From: Deltaproteobacteria bacterium
GTDB taxonomy: Bacteria > JACQOV01
Length of the DNA stretch: 54,858 nucleotides
Direction: 5' to 3'
Assembly (NCBI GenBank): GCA_016202395.1
Contig: JACQOV010000013.1
Coordinates: 1-54,858, forward strand
Positions 20,406 to 27,562 of the stretch are shown in pieces; position 1 is the stretch's first letter, and every line of letters starts with the position of its first letter. The notes beneath the pieces were generated by a model. The model saw only the letters and a list, made by a program, of their open reading frames with translations. It searched no databases and was not told where the DNA came from. The position numbers and the translations under genes were made by a program.

Positions 20406-21530
20406 ATGGGTAAGCGATGGAGTTTCATTTTTGCGTTGTATTTTGGCATGGCTCATGCGGAGGTTCAGTATTTTCATTCGGATCATTTGGGATCGACGGC
20501 AGTCGTCAGCAATTCGTCTGGCGCGGTACAGCAAATAGAATGCTACACCCCTTTTGGCGAGAGTGTGAGCGGTTCACGTTCCACGTCCCATGCTTCATCT
20601 TTCACGTACACTAACCAAGAATTCGACCGCGAATCCACTCTCTATGCCTACGGCGCTCGGTATTATGATGCTGCATTCTCTCGATTTGTGAGTGTCGATC
20701 CCGCGCGCGATGGGCTCAATGTCTACGCCTATGTCGGCGGCAACCCCATCTCCCGCACCGACCCCACCGGGATGTATTTTAAAGTCGATACAGGAAATCC
20801 AGAGGTCGATGTCGCCATTTGGGATAAGATTACGGCCATTTTAGATGATGATGAACATCCCTATTATCCTGGCGTGAGCGCTCTTAATAACAGGAGTGAA
20901 GGAGTGTTTATTGGATCCCAGAGTCAAATTACAGAAGGATATTTGGATAGCATTGTCATGCATTTTATAGATCCGGAGGCTATGGGAGATTATGTTAATT
21001 TTCGACCTTTGAACGCAACGTTAATCTTACTTCGCACCTTGGAGATCATAAACGCAAAGCTAGGTTATGAATCGACAGAAGAAGGCATAAATCGAGAATT
21101 AGACGGATTGGAAAAGACCGTGTTAAACCTTGCGAATGGCATGCCCGACGGGATCTTTTTCTCAAGCTCTCTCGTAGAAGGTGACGAAGGGAAGACCTTT
21201 GCAACAATAGGAGCAGCATTCGATGCCGCTTTGGGTTCTTTCTTAGCCGCTCAGAAAGAGGGGAAAGTGACTGGGAATGGTGCACTTGCGGATAAGTATT
21301 CTTATGAGTTAATCGGAGGATTGTTGGCAAGTCCTGGAGGTGTGACGAAGTACCTTCAAGATCCCGGACCCCAACATCGTCAGACGGTACTAAACTATTG
21401 GCACGGAAACCCAGAGACAGGTGATCAGATGGGGTCGTATGCAGGATTTAAACAGAGAGGGGAGCAGCTTCCCCCCTTTTTGCAATGGATGGTTCGTCAT
21501 GATTTGATTCCTGATGCGGCACAAAAGTAG
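20406..21530 (+). CDS. Signal peptide + Rhs core + variable tip, cassette 1
   Basis: MGKRWSFIFALYFGMAHA|EVQYFHSDHLGS...ARYYD..NPISRTDPTG; 252-aa tip. Confidence 0.85.
   Translation: MGKRWSFIFALYFGMAHAEVQYFHSDHLGSTAVVSNSSGAVQQIECYTPFGESVSGSRSTSHASSFTYTNQEFDRESTLYAYGARYYDAAFSRFVSVDPARDGLNVYAYVGGNPISRTDPTGMYFKVDTGNPEVDVAIWDKITAILDDDEHPYYPGVSALNNRSEGVFIGSQSQITEGYLDSIVMHFIDPEAMGDYVNFRPLNATLILLRTLEIINAKLGYESTEEGINRELDGLEKTVLNLANGMPDGIFFSSSLVEGDEGKTFATIGAAFDAALGSFLAAQKEGKVTGNGALADKYSYELIGGLLASPGGVTKYLQDPGPQHRQTVLNYWHGNPETGDQMGSYAGFKQRGEQLPPFLQWMVRHDLIPDAAQK
20469..20561 (+). repeat. Near-identical ~93-bp Rhs core 5' segment, 4 copies (starting 20469, 22469, 23724, 24878)
   Basis: TATTTTCATTCGGATC(A/G)TTTGGGATCGACGGCAGT..TACACCCC.TTTGG.GAG repeated with only a few substitutions. 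Confidence 0.92.
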
Positions 21531-21564
21531 TGTAAACGGGGGTCAGGCTTCTGTAATTTTAGTA
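21528..21564 (+). repeat. Cassette-junction repeat TAAAYGGGGTCAGGCTT (copies at 21528, 22332, 24762)
   Basis: TAGTGTAAACGGGGGTCAGGCTTCTGTAATT; TAGTGTAAATGGGGTCATAAATGGGGTCAGGCTTCGGTAATT; TAAATGGGGTCAGGCTTTGATAATT; each at or just after a stop codon. Confidence 0.8.
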
Positions 21565-21593
21565 AGAAACATATCCATAAAAGGAGGGATATC

Positions 21594-22328
21594 ATGAAAA
21601 TGGGCAAGAAAATAACAAAAAGGATCTGTTCGATTTTAACGGCGAGTATGTTGATGGGATCCGTTCCTGCTTCGGCAACGAGAACGATCCCGGTGCGTGG
21701 AATTAACGATGCGATCGTATCGGATATTTTGGGGAATCTACGAGGAGGAGGATTGGAAGCGCTTGAAGAAGAGTATCCCGCATTACGTAAGGCACAGGAT
21801 CAGGTTCAGATTTTTGGGGTGACTCCGTCCACTGTGAAGCATTTTGCGGAATCGGTTGAGGAGTGTGGGATATTAGGAACGGCGGAGCTGTTTGAATGCG
21901 CGGGTTATCGTGTTTCTCGGCAGAACACCGATGTGACAACCCTCCACATGTTCCGAAGAGAGATAGAGTTTCCGGAAACGGAAACGCCGATTCTCTACTT
22001 GGTCTTTCTTAAGATGGCTAAGGAGATACAGCAGGGAATTTCCGATCCGGATATTCATCGTGATTTTATTGAAAAAGTGGCTTCGGCTTTAGGGAGAGCC
22101 TTGGAGGATGGAACGCTTCTCACTTCTCAGGTTACTTTGGATGGCAGTGGGTGTTTAGACCTAGAGTGGCTCATCTGTGGCGGTTTGCTTGTTGCGGCCG
22201 CATTCGGATGGTTCTTGGGGTGTGTTTTAGACGGAGGCGATTGTTTAGATGTGTTCCTGGAATTTCTCGGAGCCATCATGCTTGCTTTCTTATTTGCCTG
22301 TGGGTTGAACGATTGTCTCTCAGCGTAA
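21594..22328 (+). CDS. Exported hypothetical protein with a Cys-rich hydrophobic C-terminal hairpin
   Basis: RBS AAGGAGG; signal peptide ending ASA; C-terminal two hydrophobic helices with 6 Cys. Confidence 0.75.
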   Translation: MKMGKKITKRICSILTASMLMGSVPASATRTIPVRGINDAIVSDILGNLRGGGLEALEEEYPALRKAQDQVQIFGVTPSTVKHFAESVEECGILGTAELFECAGYRVSRQNTDVTTLHMFRREIEFPETETPILYLVFLKMAKEIQQGISDPDIHRDFIEKVASALGRALEDGTLLTSQVTLDGSGCLDLEWLICGGLLVAAAFGWFLGCVLDGGDCLDVFLEFLGAIMLAFLFACGLNDCLSA

Positions 22329-22396
22329 GACTAGTGTAAATGGGGTCATAAATGGGGTCAGGCTTCGGTAATTCGGTATTTATTAAGGAAGGGTGC

Positions 22397-23575
22397 ATGA
22401 AACGGTGGCTTGTAAGCATCGGATGGGTGGGTGTGGTTGCGTGGCAGATGGCCTCGGGGGAGGTGATCTATTTTCATTCGGATCATTTGGGATCGACGGC
22501 AGTCGTCAGCAATTCGTCTGGCGCGGTACAGCAAATAGAATGCTACACCCCGTTTGGTGAGACTGTCATTGTGAGGGAGCGCAGCGACCGAAGCAATCTC
22601 CCAACCAACCATCTCTACACCAACCAAGAATTCAACCACGAATCCACTCTCTATGACTATGGCGCCCGGTATTATGATCCTGCGCTTTCCCGATTTGTGA
22701 GCGTCGACCCCGTTTTGGATAGTCCCAACCCTTACGCTTATGTTGCGGGTAATCCGGTTCAGTATAGGGATCCAACAGGTGAGATTCGAGATGACATTGA
22801 GAGTATTTACGACTACGCATCAGGTATGGCGACTGGCTCTGATCAGCGCACATTTATAGTTGAAGTCGATGCTTCAGGGTTGTGGGAGCAGAATGATTAC
22901 CTTGGCGAAATAGCAGGAGATGATTATGTAGAAGATGCAAAAGCTGCCGTTAGACAGATTGAAGGTAAGGCAGGACTAGAGGCCATTCATCCTCATGGTG
23001 CTGGAAGTGATGAATGGTATTGGGTGACTCATGATGAAAAACAAGCTGGGGAAATAGCAAGTCGTTTTAGAAAAGATGTGTGGAGTGTAAATAGTGCCGA
23101 GGTTACAAGTAAATCTCCGCAAGAGGTTAGTGACATTGTTGCGAATTTTTCGAAGAAGCCAATGCACTCTCTCATGAAGGCTCAGAAAGCGCGTTATCGT
23201 AAGCTTGCGGAAAGAGCTGTAGAAGGGGTCACTGATCCTCAGGAGCGGATGGCCATACGGCGTGCTATAGCGAAAAGATCAAGGTTAGCAATGCGTAGAA
23301 CTGCAGAGGCCCTGATAAAAAACGGTTTCTGGAAAGGTGCCACTGATATTGGTAAGAAAGTAGTCCCTGGGGTGAGTATCGCTTGTGGTTTGCAGTGTTT
23401 AGCGGAAGGGGATGCTTTTGGTGCATTTTTGAATTTTGCGGGGGAATTTCCTCCTCCGTTTGGTCCGGCGGCCGATTATTTTTCCATAATATATGCAGTG
23501 GAAGGGGATCCGAGTTATCGTTCTCCTTATTTAGTTGGAAATGGATGTCCTAACAATCGCTGTCATGGTTTCTGA
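22397..23575 (+). CDS. Signal peptide + Rhs core + variable tip, cassette 2
   Basis: RBS AAGGAAGG, ATG 22397; MKRWLVSIGWVGVVAWQMASG|EVIYFHSDHLGS..NPVQYRDPTG; 264-aa tip. Confidence 0.87.
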   Translation: MKRWLVSIGWVGVVAWQMASGEVIYFHSDHLGSTAVVSNSSGAVQQIECYTPFGETVIVRERSDRSNLPTNHLYTNQEFNHESTLYDYGARYYDPALSRFVSVDPVLDSPNPYAYVAGNPVQYRDPTGEIRDDIESIYDYASGMATGSDQRTFIVEVDASGLWEQNDYLGEIAGDDYVEDAKAAVRQIEGKAGLEAIHPHGAGSDEWYWVTHDEKQAGEIASRFRKDVWSVNSAEVTSKSPQEVSDIVANFSKKPMHSLMKAQKARYRKLAERAVEGVTDPQERMAIRRAIAKRSRLAMRRTAEALIKNGFWKGATDIGKKVVPGVSIACGLQCLAEGDAFGAFLNFAGEFPPPFGPAADYFSIIYAVEGDPSYRSPYLVGNGCPNNRCHGF

Positions 23576-23589
23576 TTCTTTTGATGGGT

Positions 23590-23616
23590 CTGGATTCCCG
23601 CTTTCGCGGGAATGAC
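23590..23616. repeat. REP/dRS3-like palindrome
   Basis: CTGG-ATTCCCGCTTTCGCGGGAAT-GAC; matches the ATTCCC-N8-GGGAAT pattern. Confidence 0.75.
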
Positions 23617-23663
23617 CATAAATAACTGGGGGTCCTTGCGTGTTGACTAGTTTTTTAAATTCA

Positions 23664-24764
23664 ATGATACGATGGAGTTTCATTTTTGCGTTGTGTTTTA
23701 GCATGGCTCATGCCGAGGTGATCTATTTTCATTCGGATCGTTTGGGATCGACGGCAGTTGTCAGCGATTCGTCTGGCGCGGTACAGCAAATCGAATGTTA
23801 CACCCCGTTTGGTGAGATTGTAACCCCTCACCCCTTCGGAGGTGAGGGGGCTACCCCTTATCTCTATACCAACCAAGAACTTGACCGCGCCTCGGAGCTT
23901 TACTACTACGGCGCCCGTTTTTATGATGCCACACTAAACCGCTTTCTTTCAGTAGACACGTATTTTGATGGCCTCAATCCGTACTCCTACGTACACAACA
24001 ATCCAATTTTACTCACCGATCCTACAGGAAGCACGAGCAAATGTTCCGGTTTCTTTTCTTGTTTCGATCTAGGAGCACAGGAGCAAGCGGATTCTCCTGG
24101 ATTTGGTCCTGGCAATCCTGTCGATATGAATGAGGATCTTCCAGGACGGATAGGGTACGCTCTAGGTTCTGCCTTGTTTTTTGGTCAGAAGTTATTGACG
24201 CGAAATCCCGAAGGAAAAGGTGTGCCCGCGATTCCAGTAGGTGGACCGACCTCGAGTGGCATCACCTGGGGAGGTGGACCCACCGCAGGAGCCGTTGTTA
24301 CAACGGCCCAAACCTTAGGATTCATAGGATTCACGAGCGGGGCAACAACAGACCCACTCCGTTCAACCTCTTACGCAACCTCCGAAGGGAGTGAAGGATC
24401 AGGGAATCAAGAAAGCAGGCCGAAAATTTATACAAGTCTAGGCAAAAGCGAAAGACTCCGCTTTTGGGATCCCGTTGAACCGGTGCAAGGGGCTCAAGAC
24501 ATTCAGGGAGAGGGAAAATTTGTAGTAACACAAGATCCAGAAACTGGCCAGCTTGCTTTGTATTTGGGTCGTGGAAAAGATGTTTATCATAATTTTTTGG
24601 CGCCTCGTGAAGCAAATATTATTGATGCTGGAATGTACCGACTTCTTCCGGAAGGAGAAGTGCAATTATTTGATGTATCTGGTCGCTATGGTTACAGTAC
24701 GCAGAGAGGGGAAATATCAGAAGCTCTAGGAAGATCGTTAGACATAACTTTTACTTCAGAATAA
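23664..24764 (+). CDS. Signal peptide + Rhs core + variable tip, cassette 3
   Basis: MIRWSFIFALCFSMAHA|EVIYFHSDRLGS..NPILLTDPTG; 244-aa tip; alternative start GTG 23640. Confidence 0.83.
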   Translation: MIRWSFIFALCFSMAHAEVIYFHSDRLGSTAVVSDSSGAVQQIECYTPFGEIVTPHPFGGEGATPYLYTNQELDRASELYYYGARFYDATLNRFLSVDTYFDGLNPYSYVHNNPILLTDPTGSTSKCSGFFSCFDLGAQEQADSPGFGPGNPVDMNEDLPGRIGYALGSALFFGQKLLTRNPEGKGVPAIPVGGPTSSGITWGGGPTAGAVVTTAQTLGFIGFTSGATTDPLRSTSYATSEGSEGSGNQESRPKIYTSLGKSERLRFWDPVEPVQGAQDIQGEGKFVVTQDPETGQLALYLGRGKDVYHNFLAPREANIIDAGMYRLLPEGEVQLFDVSGRYGYSTQRGEISEALGRSLDITFTSE

Positions 24765-24805
24765 ATGGGGTCAGGCTTTGATAATTCGGTATTCAGGGAG
24801 AATGC

Positions 24806-25867
24806 ATGAAACTATGGTTTGTAAGCATCGGATTTGTGGGTGTGGTTGCGTGGCAGATGGCCTCGGGGGAGGCGATCTATTTTCATTCGGATCATTTGGG
24901 ATCGACGGCAGTTGTCAGCGATTCGTCTGGCGCGGTACAGCAAATAGAATGCTACACCCCTTTTGGTGAGAGTGTGAGCGGTTCACGTTCCACGTCCCAT
25001 GCTTCATCTTTCACGTACACCAACCAGGAATTCGACCGCGAATCCACTCTCTATGACTACGGCGCCCGCTATTACGATCCTGTGGTGGCCAGATTTCAAT
25101 CCAGCGATCCCGCAATGGAGGATCGATACACTATCGATCCTCAACAGCAAAATCCTTATAGTTACGTTAGGAACAATCCCCTGCGCTACATCGATCCCGA
25201 TGGACGTGTGCTAAAGGAAGTGGCGAAATACACCGCGGACCAACTTCCGATTCTTGACAAAAATCTCATGGATGCCCAGGAAGCTTTAAGGTATCTATTC
25301 GAACAAGAGCAGATACTTGCGGATCGCCTAGCAACATTATTAGAACATCCCAACATTCGCATCCTCGAAATGGAAGCACAACATCCACACTTGCGAGGCC
25401 AAACCGACTTATTAGAGAAACTTGTAGCGGATGAGGCCAAAAGTGTTCAAGAACGACTTATCGGAACGAAGAGGTGGATATGGTGGGTGCGCTGGAAAAT
25501 GATAGCGACGAAGTTCACGAGAGGAGCTACCCAAGGGTTGCAGCGCGTTTCATCCGCTTTGGCAGAAGGTGTAGTCACCACGGAGGCCACGGCCACAAAC
25601 ACAAGCGTCGCAGAGGGGGGAGCGGCAGCTGCTCGAGCAGCCTCCGCACTAAAGGGTACCGGAATCTTATCCGTAGCGTGGACTGGACTGAGATTGGGAT
25701 CTACGGGGCTTGCTGCACTCCAAGCGATTGAATGGTACACGGAAGCGAATGAAGCGCTGCAGTGTGACCCTGGAGCTTCTTGCCCCGGAACCTCAACGCC
25801 GCTTCAAGGTCCAGAAGAAAGAATAAGGTTGGGCACTAGCCCCGGCCAAATCTCACCTTATGAGTAA
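24806..25867 (+). CDS. Signal peptide + Rhs core + variable tip, cassette 4
   Basis: RBS AGGGAG; MKLWFVSIGFVGVVAWQMASG|EAIYFHSDHLGS..NPLRYIDPDG; 220-aa tip. Confidence 0.87.
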   Translation: MKLWFVSIGFVGVVAWQMASGEAIYFHSDHLGSTAVVSDSSGAVQQIECYTPFGESVSGSRSTSHASSFTYTNQEFDRESTLYDYGARYYDPVVARFQSSDPAMEDRYTIDPQQQNPYSYVRNNPLRYIDPDGRVLKEVAKYTADQLPILDKNLMDAQEALRYLFEQEQILADRLATLLEHPNIRILEMEAQHPHLRGQTDLLEKLVADEAKSVQERLIGTKRWIWWVRWKMIATKFTRGATQGLQRVSSALAEGVVTTEATATNTSVAEGGAAAARAASALKGTGILSVAWTGLRLGSTGLAALQAIEWYTEANEALQCDPGASCPGTSTPLQGPEERIRLGTSPGQISPYE

Positions 25868-25881
25868 AGAACAGGAAAGCG

Positions 25882-26541
25882 CTAGAACTGATAGCCCACC
25901 AGAATGGAGAAGAGACTCGTTCGGATATCCAGCTGGTCTTGGACGCCAAAAGCCTTGGCAAGATCCAGCAGCTCCTCATTCACTAAGGAAGTAAACCCTC
26001 GCTCATAGCGAAGGTCGAAGGTAATGGCTCCGGGGTTCCACTTCTTTTCCACTCCAAAATTCAGGACCAATCCAATCTCTCGTTCATTGACAAAATCGTC
26101 AAGCTGGAGATTCGCAGGGGCCCCTTCCATGTGCACGTTGGCCTTCGTTAGGAGGTTAAAGGTGGGGCCTATTAAAAGGTAGGGGGCTAAATCTTTTCCA
26201 TAACGGAAATCCCATCGGGCGAGCACGGGAAATTCCACGTAGCGAAGATCGGCTGCAATCTTGTACGATTGATCCAAAAGCTCCAGAGGGTGTTCTCCTC
26301 CACGCACGCTGTAGAGAATCTCCGGCTGAATAGCAAGGTTTCGGTTCAAATGATAGGTGAGAGAAAGGCCTCCGGCAAAGCCGAGTTTCGTGGAAATATT
26401 CCGCGTTCCGTTTTCCACAATGCTGATAGGGTTTATCCCCAGTTTCACTCCGTAGTTTAAATCCCCCGCAGGGGTCACAGAGGCCTGGAGGACTAGAGCG
26501 CTAAGAAATAGGATCGTAAATTTGAACCTTCTTTGTTGCAT
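25882..26541 (-). CDS. Outer membrane beta-barrel protein (porin family, PorT/OMP_b-brl_2-like)
   Basis: Signal peptide, YGVKLGIN, IQPEILYSVRG, YVEFPVLAR, DLRYERG, C-terminal VGYQF. Confidence 0.85.
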   Translation of the reverse strand: MQQRRFKFTILFLSALVLQASVTPAGDLNYGVKLGINPISIVENGTRNISTKLGFAGGLSLTYHLNRNLAIQPEILYSVRGGEHPLELLDQSYKIAADLRYVEFPVLARWDFRYGKDLAPYLLIGPTFNLLTKANVHMEGAPANLQLDDFVNEREIGLVLNFGVEKKWNPGAITFDLRYERGFTSLVNEELLDLAKAFGVQDQLDIRTSLFSILVGYQF

Positions 26542-26554
26542 CCTCTATTTTCTA

Positions 26555-26571
26555 ATGCAAGATTCGTGCCA
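26555..26571 (-). promoter_or_regulatory. Sigma54 -24/-12 promoter of the porin gene
   Basis: Minus strand TGGCACGAATCTTGCAT, perfect consensus. Confidence 0.85.
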
Positions 26572-26640
26572 ACACGCTAAGCATAACCCTTTGGATTTAA
26601 AAGGTATTTTTTGCTATGGGTCGGCGCTAAACTTTGCAAC

Positions 26641-26762
26641 TGTGAAGTAAATTTAACACAAAAGGGGCGTTCTGTCGAGGATTCGCATTTAACTCGTTGA
26701 AATCTAAAGAGAATAACGCTGTTCAATAATTTTAACAGTGGGGCTGTTAACGAAATTTAACA
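26641..26762. promoter_or_regulatory. Three TGT-N12-ACA palindromes with an IHF-like site
   Basis: TGTGAAGTAAATTTAACA 26641-26658, TGTTCAATAATTTTAACA 26720-26737, TGTTAACGAAATTTAACA 26745-26762; TTTCAACGAGTTA on minus strand 26690-26702. Confidence 0.7.
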
Positions 26763-26863
26763 CGACGTCTAAAATTTATCTTGCTTGTTTTCTCGTTTTG
26801 TGATTAGGATCGGGACACCACGTAAGGTGGGCCCTTACAACTCATGCACAAGGGAGGTGGAAA

Positions 26864-27556
26864 ATGGCCAGGCATTCTGTTTTTCAACGAGCTGCCGATG
26901 CAATCGTTTTAGTCGCATTCTTTTTTACTTTCGGTTGTGGTTCGGAAGATCCTTTTTCGGAGACCCCCCCTTCAAATGAGGCCACCCCCTCGGAGAATGA
27001 AAGTTCGCCTTTAAATGTTACCTCCTTGGATTATGGGGTCTTGTTAGTGAGAAGCGCTGTTGTTTCATCCGAGGAGGATCCTTCAGTGATTCTCCAATCG
27101 GTTGAAGCACAAGCCGCAGAGGAGTTGAGGCAATCCTCTTTCCTCGTTGTTCTACCGGAGGGTGAACAGGGAGAAAAGGTGGTTCAATCCCTGTTAGGGG
27201 AGGCTGATCTCTCCAATCCTGAGGAAATCCATCAGAATCTTCTAGATCGTCTCCATGTAGTGAAGAAAGATCTTGGAGCCGAAGGGCCTCGGGCTGTTCT
27301 GGTGCTCTCTGAGGAGGGGATTGAGGGCTATGTGAATCAGACTGAAGGAATGGAGGGGGCTTTAGCGCTCGAAACCACCGAAGCATTGGGGGGAATCGAT
27401 TTGAGACTCCTCGTTCTGTGTATTGCTGCTTTTGTTCTGATATGGCTGATCTGTGCGGTTTACGGTCTAGGGAAGGAGTGTATTGAGGAGCTATGGTCTA
27501 TATTTTTATTCGATTTCTTTTGTAGCTACATTGTCGATCCATCGGAAGGAATTTAA
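26864..27556 (+). CDS. Putative lipoprotein with a Cys-rich hydrophobic C-terminal hairpin
   Basis: RBS GGAGGT; lipobox-like FTFG-C; C-terminal hydrophobic helices with 4 Cys. Confidence 0.72.
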   Translation: MARHSVFQRAADAIVLVAFFFTFGCGSEDPFSETPPSNEATPSENESSPLNVTSLDYGVLLVRSAVVSSEEDPSVILQSVEAQAAEELRQSSFLVVLPEGEQGEKVVQSLLGEADLSNPEEIHQNLLDRLHVVKKDLGAEGPRAVLVLSEEGIEGYVNQTEGMEGALALETTEALGGIDLRLLVLCIAAFVLIWLICAVYGLGKECIEELWSIFLFDFFCSYIVDPSEGI

Positions 27557-27562
27557 GAGCCC

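Noticed and set aside
14807..21530. Frameshifted or pseudogenised single Rhs gene
   Set aside because: Protein 2 ends in a well-formed anchor, and cassette 1 starts 100 bp later with a signal peptide of a type reused in cassette 3; this looks organised rather than broken
20406..25867. CRISPR array or integron reading of the repeated segments
   Set aside because: The repeats are coding Rhs core sequence spaced 1.1-2 kb apart; no cas or integrase gene and no attC-type structure recognised
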